A stretch of DNA of 64,000 nucleotides from Podarcis muralis (GCF_964188315.1 NC_135667.1:26164001-26228000), one strand, 5' to 3'; positions 24,736 through 36,405 are shown, counted from the stretch's first letter. Program-made: numbers and translations. The notes: generated from the sequence alone by a model not told the origin.

Positions 24736-26360
24736 CCTTCGTATCTAGGGGAAAATGTAATAAAATTCACTGAATTATTAACCATTATTTGCTGCTGCAT
24801 ACGGTACAATGACTATTAAGTATGGCTCTGCTAGGGATTATGTAGGTGATTCTCTTTTGCCAGAACTTTCCATATCTTATGTGTGTTTTTTTGAGACACA
24901 ATGATCTGAAGGTTTAGTGTTACACATTTCACAACAGCATTACTCTTGTCAGTGTATGCTTTTGTAATGGATACATATGCACTCATTATCAAAGTGCAAG
25001 TTTAACTTCCATTAATGGTTTTCCTCTATGGAGCAACGCAAAAACAAGCGTATGAGAATAACTTGCATTTCTACATCCCACATCATTCCATGATTACTGA
25101 GTAGGAACATTGTTTGTTGTCAGTGTTAATAAATGCAAAGAACAAGTAGTTTTTGTATTCCAGTTTGAAAGAATCAATAAAAACGTTGATACAAAAATAG
25201 AAGAGTGGGAAGGGGATGGAAAGGAAGATATCTGTACAACTGCATGTCCAGTCTCTTCAGCTTAAGGCCACAATCCTACATGCATTTACCTAAGAGTAAG
25301 CCTTATTGAACTCAATAGATCTTACTTCTTAGTAGGTGTTTAGAGGATTGCATTGTAGTTGATGTAGTTCTGGTGAAGTTCAGAAATTTAATTCAAGGAG
25401 TAAAACTAATCTTAGTTGTTTTTCTTTCTAGCAGCCAATGACAGCTGTCCTTAATTGAATATGTGGTGAGTGTATTAGTTTATAGTCTCACCATTATTTG
25501 ATCTCCCACATCTCATCTTTCTTTAGTTGTGCCCTTGTGACAGATATCAGGTGGCCCAGATAAATGAGTAAATACAAGGTAGGTAATAAAAAGAGAACCA
25601 ACATATCTAAGGAGAGCCAGAGGCAAAGGCAACCCATAGAACTATAATATCATAGAGATGGAAATCACTCCAAGGATCATCTTGCATTGATCACCCTGCA
25701 ATGCAAAAATCACAGCTAGGAAATCCCTGACTGATGTCCATTCAACTAATGACCCTCTGGGATCCTCAGGTGAAGAAGCTTCGGGTCTCTGTTTTTGGAT
25801 GATGTTCAGTTGCATACTAATAAATTCAGTTTGGGCAATTAAAGTTGATTGGGAGTTATTGTGCAAGAAACGGTAATGGTCAGAGTGTCAGGCTAGGACC
25901 TGGGAGACCAGGGTTCAAATCCCTCATTGAGCCATAAGCATGTTCTGTTACTTGTTAGCTTGTCATGCAATTGTACAGAAAATAGCCCCAGGAATTTGGA
26001 GGCTAATCACACTGCTGGCTTCCCACCTTCTAAGGAAAGGCTATCACTCAGATACAGAGGTCTTGGCCCCTTTCCTCATTGATTTTGTTTTCCCTCCCCC
26101 ATGAGCAGTGTTTCTTACCTGTATAGTCCTTTATCTCATTCTGTTGAGTGATATGCTTGAAGTGCAAAATATGGAGCATAGATTGACCTTCTGCTCTTCT
26201 TCATGCTCCCTGTATTATTATTCTCTCTTTCTGGTTCTGATATTTGCATCTTTGAGTTCTGCATGGATTTCATCTGTACATATGAGCCCTTACAGCAAGG
26301 AGACATTATGTTCTGAGGACCAACCCCCATACAACTGCCACTTTTTTCCATGTATCCATC

Positions 26361-26429
26361 TAATTTAATGTCCCTTGGAGATAGGTGTCTCCTATGTCTC
26401 ATTTAAAGGAAGAACTAAGTCTCCTGGGG
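26361..26429 (-). promoter_or_regulatory. Candidate OR promoter of paralog A: homeodomain TAAT sites plus two O/E (EBF)-like sites
   Basis: taatttaatg-tcccttggaga (26361-26381) and tctcctgggg (26420-26429) are conserved at 30198-30261; candidate donor CAG|GTAAGA at 26118. Confidence 0.55.
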
Positions 26430-26908
26430 TCACATTCAAATTCAATTTTTACCTTCACAGAATGCAATGTTTGTGATTAGGTACAGCCACAGAGGTAAGA
26501 AAAAAAGAGTCATTCCATTACCTGGAGGGGTCACTTCCTGGTTCGCATGGAGAAGCTATTTTCAATGGAGCCCGATGACAAAAGCACACAGCTGTATTGA
26601 GGCAGCAGCGAGTGTCAAATTTTTGCATCTCTAACAATTTTGCACCTGGGGCAACCTCCCCTATGGTCCCCCTCACCCTATGCTGCTGCTGGATGGTGCC
26701 ATTCAGCCTGGCAGAAAAACTGGGGATAATGTTGCCCAACAAGGCTATGTTGTGCATGTCAGGTTCATACACCCAGGATGCCCACAGCATAGAGGGAGGC
26801 GCCTTAACAAACCTAGCTTCATGAACACAGAGTGCAGCCCTGGTGACGAGAGGGATAGAATCCCCTATTTATTAGAATTCACTGGCCCAGATGTATTTTA
26901 TTTGGTTA

Positions 26909-27150
26909 CAGTGGTACCTTGATTTTAGAACGTAATCCATTCCGGAAGACTGTCCGAGTTCTGAAATGTTCGAAAAACAAAAACTCAACAGCCAACAGCT
27001 AGGCCTCAGGATCTTGCACTCAGTGGAAGCCGCATGGCATGTCTGACTTCTCAGGTGTGTTTGAAAACCGAAGCATTTACTTCAGGGTATACAGAGTTCA
27101 TAAACCAAACTGTTCATCAATGGAGATGTTCAAAAACCGAGGTACAACTG
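26909..27150. mobile_element. Tc1/mariner MITE, second subfamily
   Basis: TIR cagtggtaccttgatttt / aaaaccgaggtacaactg with TA flanks. Confidence 0.8.
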
Positions 27151-27310
27151 TATTTTGGTTTAATTAGTTTGTTTTGCAGGGCCTCTGGTTTGTTATATTT
27201 TAATAAGTATAACATGTTTACACAAAATATTGTGTGTCTCAAAATTTCCTTCTGGTGTGATGGCAATTGCCTATATCCCACCTTTCAAGATGCAAATTCT
27301 ACTGAGGCAG

Positions 27311-27677
27311 TAAAGGTAAAGGTAAAGGGACCCCTGACCATTAGGACCAGTCGTGACCGACTCTAGGGTTGCGGTGCTCATCTTGCTTTATTGGCCGACG
27401 AATCTGGCATACAGCTTCTGGGTCATGTGGCCAACATGACTAAGCCACTTCTGGCGAACCAGAGCAGCACACGGAAATGCTGTTTACCTTCCCACCAGAG
27501 AACCTTCCCGTTTACCTATTTATCTACTTGCACTTTGAGGTGCTTTCGAACTGCTAGGTTGGCAGGAGCAGGGACCGAGCAAAGGGAGCTCACCCCGTCA
27601 CGGGGATTCGAACCGCCGACCTTCTGATATGCAAGTCCTAGGCTCTGTGGTTTAATTCACAGCGCCACCCGTGTCCC
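27311..27677 (-). mobile_element. Sauria SINE
   Basis: aaaggtaaaggtaaaggga tail through to the agcgccacccgtgtccc head. Confidence 0.9.
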
Positions 27678-28795
27678 TTTCTCAAATTATTCTGCCTAGG
27701 GAAGGCCTTGCAAATGAATATTGCTTTCAGTAAAATAAATATTACTATGAAAATTTGGGGGTGATGATAGTCTCAAAGAATAAATTCTATGTTTCCTGAT
27801 GCAAAGAAAATATCTCCAATATTCACACTTGACTTCATGTGGCTAGAAATTGGAGGTTTCCAGTTGTGAAGGGCATCAGAGTGGTCACAATGTGAAACTG
27901 ATGCAATACAAACAAGCAACAGCAAGCATGCAACTGTTGCAATGCTGAGTACTACCAACAACAACAACAAAGCAATGCTGACCATTTTCTGAGAAAGAGG
28001 ACTCAATCAGTGGGATGAGGAGGTAATTTTCACCCCTCCATCCTCCCCTCTGCATGGTGCCTTTGCAGCAGATTTAGAGGGGGTGAAGTGTGCAGTGAAA
28101 GGTACAGTAAATTTCTGAAAATCTGCTCCCTCCCCATTCTGTTTTTAAAAACGTTTTCTTTCAGTAGAAAGGTGCAATTGGACACAATAGGGTTGATCTG
28201 GAATTTATTATCATTTATTTATTGTTTAGACCATTTATATACCACTTTATATATTAATATATATCCAAGTTCTATAAAGCAAACATAAACAACAAAAATA
28301 TCTTCAAAACACCAAATAAAATCAATAACACAAATTACTAATAAATACAAACAAATATCAATTCATTCTCCTGTGGCACACCGCCCCACTCGACAACCCT
28401 CTTCCAACTTTCACCCAGAGCCACAAAACCTCCCAGAACACCTCCAAGATTTCACAACAAAGAAGAGTCTTCGAACCAGCTGACATCACAATAAGCACTC
28501 ATAAGCACTGGGATTGCTTTTATTGGCAGGCAAAAAGGTTCATGTGGCTTCAGGTGGTCCTTAGCTGTGTCCCTTTCAACACTCAATAAACTACAGTGTA
28601 CGCACCTAGCTCCAAGCTACAGCAGGTAGAATTCAGCAGATCATGAATGGTGATAATGAATGACACAAGAAAAATAGTATAATTTCTTCTGTCCCATCAC
28701 TATATGTATGACAAGAGAAAGAAAGAGATTTAGACAGTATATAAAGGCTTCAGTATCCATAAGATAAAGTCACCAATTTCTCCCCTAATCCAAAA

Positions 28796-29758
28796 TTAGT
28801 GCCTTTGATTCCCTATGATCTTATGCAGCTTTCCAATAGATTTCTTAAGAGACTCTTTCACTTCCTTGTTCCTGAGACTGTATATCAGGGGATTGGCCAG
28901 AGGTGTTAGGATGGTGTAAAAAACAGAGAAGACTTTGTTTAGCTTTCTCATATTTTCCCTCTTGGGCAACACATAAACTAAGATTAGGGTCCCATAATAA
29001 ATTGTAACTACAACAAGGTGAGATGAGCAAGTGGAGAAGGCTTTTTGCCTTCCAGTGGCAGATGGGATTCTCAGGATGGTGATGATGATAAATGTGTATG
29101 AGGTCACAGTCAATGAGAATGGTGGCAAGGTGAAAATGGTTGAGAATATGAAGCACATCAGTTCTAATGTTTGAGTTTCACTGCAAGCGATACTTGTTAT
29201 GGGGGTAAAGTCACAGAAGAAATGTTCTATTTCATTGGGACCACAAAATGTCAACCTTGTCATCAGATACATCATTACTGACATTGCCAAAAAACCTGTA
29301 ATCCAACAGCCAGCTGCCATGAGAACACATCGCTTAGCTGTCATATGAGTTCCATAATGCAGAGGTTTACATATTGCTACATACCTGTCATAAGACATCA
29401 TAGCTAGGAGACCACATTCAGTAACTACCAGAGCAGTAAAGAAATAGAATTGTGCAATGCAGCCAGGGATGGAAATGGCTCTCTCTGCAGTCAGGGAACT
29501 GACAAGGACCTTGGGCAAGATGGTTGAACTGTAGAAGGTCTCCAAGCAAGACAGGTTAGCAAGGAAAAAGTACATAGGAGTGTGGAGGTTGTTGTTTATC
29601 ACAACTAATCCAACAATGAGGATGTTTCCAGTCATTGTAAGGATGTATATAGTTAGAAACAAGATGAAGAGGACAATCTGTAGGTCTTGAAAATCCCCAA
29701 ATCCCTGGAGAATCAATTCTGTGATGATGGTTTGATTTCTCCATTCTGCCATTGTCAT
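28796..29758 (-). CDS. Olfactory receptor, OR11A-like, paralog B (320 aa)
   Basis: Intact ORF and close paralog of the genes at 23749 and 32219. Confidence 0.95.
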   Translation of the reverse strand: MTMAEWRNQTIITELILQGFGDFQDLQIVLFILFLTIYILTMTGNILIVGLVVINNNLHTPMYFFLANLSCLETFYSSTILPKVLVSSLTAERAISIPGCIAQFYFFTALVVTECGLLAMMSYDRYVAICKPLHYGTHMTAKRCVLMAAGCWITGFLAMSVMMYLMTRLTFCGPNEIEHFFCDFTPITSIACSETQTLELMCFIFSTIFTLPPFSLTVTSYTFIIITILRIPSATGRQKAFSTCSSHLVVVTIYYGTLILVYVLPKRENMRKLNKVFSVFYTILTPLANPLIYSLRNKEVKESLKKSIGKLHKIIGNQRH

Positions 29759-30197
29759 CCTTTGTATCTAGCAGCAGCGGTTCTTTTTCCCCTTCATTTA
29801 ATATCAGTGACTTATATTGTCATGTATTGTATGTGCACTTCCTTTCTTCAGTCATGCATTTGGTGTGCATTATCTTTTTTCTCACCTTCATGACAATTAT
29901 TTCTTAGTTTACATATATCTTATTCTGTTGAGTGATAAACTTAAAATGCTGAATATGGAGAACCTTTTCTTCATCATCATGCTTCCTGTATCTGATAATC
30001 TGTCTTATTCTTTGCTTTTGCTTTCCTGTAAAGTATTGTACTGCTCCTCTCCTGCCTTCATTGCATAAATGGTAGAAGTTTGTCTTCTGCATCCATTTCA
30101 TTTATACAGATGAAACCTCATGGTAAGAAGACATTATATTCCGAGGACCAATGTCATCTACACCTTCTACTTGTTTTTGTGTATGTAATGTCTAAAG

Positions 30198-30261
30198 TAA
30201 TTTCCCCTGGTGATGTGTGTCTCTTATGTCTCATTTAAATGAGTAACTAAATCACCTGGGG
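30198..30261 (-). promoter_or_regulatory. Candidate OR promoter of paralog B
   Basis: taatt-tcccctggtga and tcacctgggg sit at positions homologous to paralog A's motifs. Confidence 0.5.
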
Positions 30262-31072
30262 TCATATTCAAAAGTAAAGTTGATGATTAGGTCATTAAAA
30301 TTTGACAAAATAGTCCCAGTCTGCTAGGAAATTCTGGCACATTTACCCCCCAATTAACAAAGAGTTGGGTTTGCTTGTTAAGCATGCTAGTCTTTAGAAA
30401 AGGCATCAGAAGACTAAGATGGAAACTGGAAAAGTTTGCTTGTTGCTCAATGTAACAAAGTGAAAAGGGTTAATGAAATCAGGTGTGTGGTAATTAGTAC
30501 AATGGACTATCTAAACTTGTCAGGCAAGTTTATTTATATCTATGCTAAAAAAGATTCAAACATAATAGTGCTTGGACATGTGTGATGACATATGCTCACA
30601 CCTTTTCAGTGGCTTGTCATGTCAAGTAGATGACATTCAGAAAGGCGTGTGTAGAGGGGGACATCTGTCCAAGCTGCTGTTCAGAAAGGAAGTTGATATT
30701 CTGGGATACTGAAAAGAAGATCTTGTTAGTTCCCTGTTTCCTAATATGGACAAAGATATGACACTACTGTATTTTGTACTTGATTTCTGAATCTGAGGTC
30801 TCAAGTAAATGTGATACAAGATAACCACAATTTGATCTCACAACATTCCTCTTTCTTTAAAGAAGGTACAGGAGAAGGTGCTGAACTGAATCAGGACCAT
30901 ACTGCATCAGAAAACAAGCTTAAAACTCCCTTAGTTTCTTTTCCTCAAACAGCCCTGCCCCAGTGCTATCTACTCTGCTGGTAAAATCATGTCAGTTTTC
31001 CCATGTTTTCCCCCAGTATGGAAAACAGATGGGTCTCTCTGTATGGTAAAGAACATGAAAATCCTCCAGGTG

Positions 31073-31201
31073 AAAGGGTTTATTTCCAATTTAACTGCTG
31101 ATCCAATTTGCCTGATGTCCCAGAGAAAGATTTAGACAATAGATGTTTCTCTGGGACATCAGGCAAATTGGATCAGCAGTTAAATTGGGAATAAACCCTT
31201 T
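31073..31201. repeat. Near-perfect inverted repeat: 56-bp arms, 17-bp spacer
   Basis: 31073-31128 versus 31146-31201, with 55 of 56 positions complementary. Confidence 0.97.
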
Positions 31202-31238
31202 AAAGACTTCACTATCTTCCACCAGTAAGCATTAATTT

Positions 31239-31307
31239 CTACTCTAAACTTAAATAGTTCTTTAGATTCTGGGGCATTATGCTGTCAGTGAGCTTGTCAA
31301 TAGATTT
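31239..31307 (-). pseudogene. C-terminal relic of a deleted fourth OR11A-like paralog
   Basis: Minus strand reads KSIDKLTDSIMPQNLKNYLSLE*, which aligns to paralog A's RSVGRLTHSLMPQKFQNNVFKLG*. Shares nucleotide ttctggggcatta.gct with 23780-23797. The adjacent 3' flank matches paralog B's 3' flank. Confidence 0.75.
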
Positions 31308-31415
31308 CCATCAATCATGGATGTTTTCATCACATCTCACTGTTACTTATGCTTCAAAATGAACATGATAAGTTGGATCCTCCTAACAGAGGGGGCCATG
31401 TTGTGCTTGGTACTG

Positions 31416-32156
31416 AAACTCTTCCCTAACCGGCTTGTGGGCAGGGCTTGCCCCGCTCCAAGCCAGTGGTGCCACAGTTATGCCAATGGCTTTTAGCCAA
31501 TCAGAAGCATGGCAAGGTTAGGGGTTGGGGGGTATTTATTTGGCAGCACGACGTAGGGACCTCCTTTTGCTTCACACTGCCAAACACCCACCCACCTGTT
31601 AATTAGGTTGTGTTTGACCTTGCTTTGGACTTCGTTTGGTCGCCTGTTTTGGAATGCGGGCTGGGTAGGAATTTTTTCCAATGTGGCAGATTGGCTGTGG
31701 CCACTTGGTTTTTGCCTACCTCTTAGCAATCGTCACAACTTTGTAAGGTTTGGCAGTTAGGCATTGGTTTAAGGGAATGTGGGGAGGGGAGGTGCAGCCA
31801 TCACCTGCCCCTCCAATGAGTAGCGTATTCTGTTAAAGGAATCCGGGGGTCTGGATCTTGTCTGAAGCCCGGAGAGGGGGTAGGGCCATGCCAGGACCCC
31901 TGGGAACCCCAGGGGTGAGCACCAGTCTATATACATTGCTGGAGCTCCCCCTGCTGGTTGTTTGCCCTTCGGAGGCTTCCTGCAGGGTTGGGCAGGAGCC
32001 AAATATAGTTTGATACCAATGCCTAAACCAATACCAGTCACATTTGTGTATTTTAATAAAGTTGTGGCCAAAATTTGCCCATCAACATTTAAACTAAATT
32101 CTGTCTCCACTGTGTCTTTATTTCCATGGGGGATGAGTTTTGGGGCTCGAAGCACA
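31416..32156 (+). mobile_element. DIRS/Ngaro-like solo repeat unit
   Basis: Same motif set as 17358; CCAAT near 31496, aataaagttgtggcc near 32056, and end gctcgaagcaca resembling ctcgaaccaca at 62741 and 63396. Confidence 0.55.
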
Positions 32157-32218
32157 ATTAAGCTGAGAATATTGCAATACTGGGAAATTGGAGTCAACTT
32201 GAAGTGAGGGAAATGAAT

Positions 32219-33223
32219 CTAGGGTGATTTAGGATTCCATCCCAAACTAAAAACAGTTCCTTGAATTTCCTTTGACCATATGCCATTAGTCAGTTTACCA
32301 ACAGATTTCCTAAGGCACACTTTCACTTCCCTATTCCTGAGACTGTATATCAGTGGATTGACCATAGGAGTAAGAATGGTGTAAAAAACAGAGAAGACTT
32401 TGTTTAGCTTTCTCATATTTTCATTATTGGGCAGCACATAGACTATGATTAAGGTGCCATAATAAATTGTCACTACAAAAAGGTGAGATGAGCATGTAGA
32501 GAAGGCCTTTTTCCTTCCAGTAGCAGATGGGATTCTCAGGATAGTGGTTACGATAAATGTGTATGAGGTCAGAGTCAATAAAAATGTAGGCACGGTGAAA
32601 ATGGTTGAGAATATGAAACCCATTAGTTCAAATTTCTGAGATTCACTGCAAGCGATTTTTGCCACAGGGGTAAAGTCACAGAAGAAATGTTCTATTTCAT
32701 TGGGACCACAAAATGTCAACCTTGTCATCAGATACATCATTACTGACATTGCCAAAAAACCTGTAATCCAACAGCCAGCTGCCATGAGAACACATCGCTT
32801 AGCTGTCATATGAGTTCCATAATGCAGAGGTTTACATATTGCTACATACCTGTCATAAGACATCATAGCTAGGAGACCACATTCAGTAACTACCAGAGCA
32901 GTAAAGAAATAGAATTGTGCAATGCAGCCAGGGATGGAAATGGCTCTCTCTGCAGTCAGGGAACTGACAAGGACCTTGGGCAAGATGGTTGAACTGTAGA
33001 AGGTCTCCAAGCAAGACAGGTTTGCCAGAAAAAAGTACATGGGAGTGTGGAGGCTGTGGTTTGTCACAACTAATCCAACAATGAGGATGTTTCCAGTCAT
33101 TGTAAGGATGTATATAGTTAGAAACAAGATGAAGATGACAATCCGTAGATCTTGAAAATCCCCAAATCCCCGAAGAATTAATTCTGTGATGATGGTTTGA
33201 TTTCCCTCTTCTCTTTTTTCCAT
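32219..33223 (-). CDS. Olfactory receptor, OR11A-like, paralog C (334 aa)
   Basis: Intact ORF and close paralog of A and B; acceptor at 33233-33234. Confidence 0.95.
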   Translation of the reverse strand: MEKREEGNQTIITELILRGFGDFQDLRIVIFILFLTIYILTMTGNILIVGLVVTNHSLHTPMYFFLANLSCLETFYSSTILPKVLVSSLTAERAISIPGCIAQFYFFTALVVTECGLLAMMSYDRYVAICKPLHYGTHMTAKRCVLMAAGCWITGFLAMSVMMYLMTRLTFCGPNEIEHFFCDFTPVAKIACSESQKFELMGFIFSTIFTVPTFLLTLTSYTFIVTTILRIPSATGRKKAFSTCSSHLFVVTIYYGTLIIVYVLPNNENMRKLNKVFSVFYTILTPMVNPLIYSLRNREVKVCLRKSVGKLTNGIWSKEIQGTVFSLGWNPKSP

Positions 33224-35472
33224 ATTGTATGTCTGAAGAAGGGGTAAAAGACCCTAATACAAATTAGTGAATTATTAGATATCAAGACATCAAGCACCAC
33301 ACGTAGCACTGGTGTCATTTTATTTTATTTTTTATGGAAGAGATTTCCATGTTACCTTTCCTAATAAAAACATCTTCCCAAAGTGACATAAAATGCATTT
33401 GTCGAAACCAAGAGAGAAAGAAAAAAAATCACTATTATAATCTAAATAAGATAAAAGTGATATAGTCATTTAATATTAACCCAATCAAATATATAATTCC
33501 CAGTCAATGAAAAACTTACAGTACCAACAATTATCCCTAGTTAAACACAGATGAAATACCTTCAGGGCCTATCTAAAAGAGGAGAGAGGGAGAAAGAGAA
33601 TTGTATCATCAGGGAGTTCCATGCCTACCAAGAAGGCTTTGCCCCCCCCCCCCCCCCGATTCAAATGTTAGCTGGCATTTACAGTTCTAGGACAGCACTT
33701 ACCCAGAGCTCTCGAGGACAATCATTTTCTACTGCTGAACATTGTTGCATGGAGGAGGGGGATCCAGAGAATATGTAATTTTAATGTTGCATCAAACATT
33801 AACAACATGCCCCTGTATTTCTTTGAAATTTTGTCATGATTAGTTTCATTTGTAAACTTAATGTATTCCTGTCAAGAATCATTTCTCACTGGTTTAGCAA
33901 TATCTTGTTTTGTTGAATGGCCAGGGAGAATATGGAGTATCATTTGTTTTTTTGAAATAAATAACAAGATGAAAGATTAAAAAATATATATTAAAAGATG
34001 ATCTAAAAAGAATGAAGTGTTTTTGTTTTAAGACAGTCTTTAAAATAATCTTTCAAAAAAAGTTTTTTTAAAAAATAATTCCAGTAGCACCTTAAAAACC
34101 AACTAAGTATAAGATTTCTAGGTATGAGCTTTTGTGTGTATACACACTTCTTCAGATACTCTGAAGCAGAGGTTGCTACAACCTTGTAACTGTTGATGAC
34201 AGTTAAAGATGGCAGTTGGTTTCACAGGGAAGGGCAAGGGATTTTAAGGTGCTACATGAATTATTAAAAAAAAGAATTGGGAAAGATTCTTTTAAAGACT
34301 TCCTTAAAAGACTTTATTCTCTTAAGGGAGTTCTTTTTGGATCATCTTTTAATATATATTTTTTTAAAAAAATTCATCTTGTTATCTATTATGACTACGA
34401 CAGACCAACACGGCTGCCTACCTGAGTCTGTTTTTTTTAGAGTTGTTTTTCTTTATGCATGATGTATTGAATCGTCTTCCTGTATCTCTCTGTGTGATTT
34501 TTCTTTCAAATAAAGCAATGTACTATGCCTTTTTAATTTTCAACGCATGCATGACAGAAGTTCTATATCCATTTCCTTCATATATGATATACATCTCAGC
34601 AATGAGGCATTTATTTATGAACGTTAATCCCTCCCCCCAATATTTCATCTTGTTTTTGCTTAAGAAAATATATCCTAGAACTTAACGTCTCCAGTGATTA
34701 ATTATGTGTCTTCTGAACAAGGTTCCAGAAAACCAAAGTGTTGTATACTAATGGGAATCCTAACTATGCAATAATAATAATGTAATCATGTTTACATTTA
34801 TTCACTTTAAAACCCTAATCATGAAGCACAATCTTATGCTTGTTAATTCAGATGTAATTATGCACACAGACCCTGCTTTCCAAACACAATGTGTTCCCAG
34901 GAAATTGTTTGTTAGGCACATGTTCATATAATAAGCTGATTACTTCCATTATTTCCGGTATAGGAACCAGGGGTGCCAACTTATGGGAGAGCAAAGATGT
35001 CAAATTTTTAAAATAAGAAAGATAGTTTGCAATATTTCTTGACCATTGACCATTGACAAATGAAGTGTTGGTTACTAGTTGCACTGTTTGTATAAGACAC
35101 TATTTGTGCATGTGAAGAACCATGAACTCTGACTAGAGTTTGTTAGAGGAAAGGAAAATATGGCATAAATAAACAGATTAGTTGCACCAATAAAGGTTGA
35201 TCAGTGTGATCATGTGAGATCTGGGAGTTGAGTTTCAAAAGTAAAAACAACATTAGAATGAAAATGTGGCCATTGCAACAAAATATAATAAAGAAACATA
35301 AATGAAAGCAGAACTAGAGATTTTGGCTGTTTTAAACAATGTTAATGATATGTCACTGTGATAATTCATAGTCACTGTTTTTCTTATTCTTGCTTACTTT
35401 AATCACAAGCAATGGGTGAATGCTAAATGTTCAAGTAAAAAAACAAACCTAAAATAAAATACAACACATTTT

Positions 35473-36405
35473 TCATTTCAAATACAGCTTCCTCATAAAT
35501 ATCTTTTTCAGTGCACCCTTAATATCTTTGTTTCTCAAGGTATAAATCAAAGGATTCAGCATGGGTGTGACAATGCTGTAAATGACAGAAATGATTCTGT
35601 CTTTGTCTAAAGAGTAGGTGGAAATTGGACGGACGTAGGTGAAGATGGAACTCCCATAATATAAGAGGACAATGGTCAGGTGTGAGGCACAGGTAGAGAA
35701 GGCTTTGAGCCTTCCTTCAGTGGAGCGTATCTTCAAGATAGTGGAGATGATGTAGACATAAGAGAGGACAATGCAGACAAATGGGGTCCATCCTATGAAG
35801 ACCCCAATGACAAGAAGAATGATCTCATTGAGGGAAGTGTCTCCACAAGAAATCTTCAGAAGGGGAGGGATATCACAAAAGAAATAATTGAGCTGATTTA
35901 CCCCACAGAAAGGTAGTTGGAAGGTAAAGTAGGTGTGCACAGCTGAGTTGAGAAAACCACTTGCCCAACAGGCTCCGGATAACTGGAGACAAAACCCTTT
36001 CTTCATGGTGGCTGCATAGTGCAAAGGATGGCATATAGCTACAAAGCGGTCATAGGCCATGGCAGCCAGCAGGATGCACTCAGTACCCACAAATGAGGCA
36101 AAGAAATAAAGCTGAGTTATACAACTGGCATATGGGATGCTCTTTTTCTCTGAGAGAAGGTGGACCAGCATCTGAGGGACATTGGTGCTGGTATAACAGA
36201 TATCCAGAAAAGAGAGGTTCCCTAGAAAGAAGTACATGGGTGTGTGAAGCTGAGGGTCCAGGCAGGCAATGGTAATGATGGAGATGTTCCCCACCAGAGT
36301 GCAGATGTATGTGATAAGAAAGAATGAGAAGAGCAACAGTTGCAACTCCTGAAGACCAGAGAAGCCCAAGATGAGAAATTCAGTCAGTGCTGTTTCATTG
36401 ATCAT
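35473..36405 (-). CDS. OR5V1: Olfactory receptor, OR5V1-like, copy 1 (310 aa)
   Basis: Intact [23 protein letters not shown] and [16 protein letters not shown] match human OR5V1 as I recall it; orthology not tested. Confidence 0.93.
   Translation of the reverse strand: MINETALTEFLILGFSGLQELQLLLFSFFLITYICTLVGNISIITIACLDPQLHTPMYFFLGNLSFLDICYTSTNVPQMLVHLLSEKKSIPYASCITQLYFFASFVGTECILLAAMAYDRFVAICHPLHYAATMKKGFCLQLSGACWASGFLNSAVHTYFTFQLPFCGVNQLNYFFCDIPPLLKISCGDTSLNEIILLVIGVFIGWTPFVCIVLSYVYIISTILKIRSTEGRLKAFSTCASHLTIVLLYYGSSIFTYVRPISTYSLDKDRIISVIYSIVTPMLNPLIYTLRNKDIKGALKKIFMRKLYLK

Noticed and set aside
31117-31157. tcccagaga in both hairpin arms as paired O/E sites
   Set aside because: It has two mismatches to the CCCNNGGG core, and the symmetry simply follows from the inverted duplication.
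33400-33500. Resemblance to the OR11A-like 3' flank, hinting at a fifth lost paralog
   Set aside because: The match is short, AT/purine-rich and has no coding remnant; too weak by eye.
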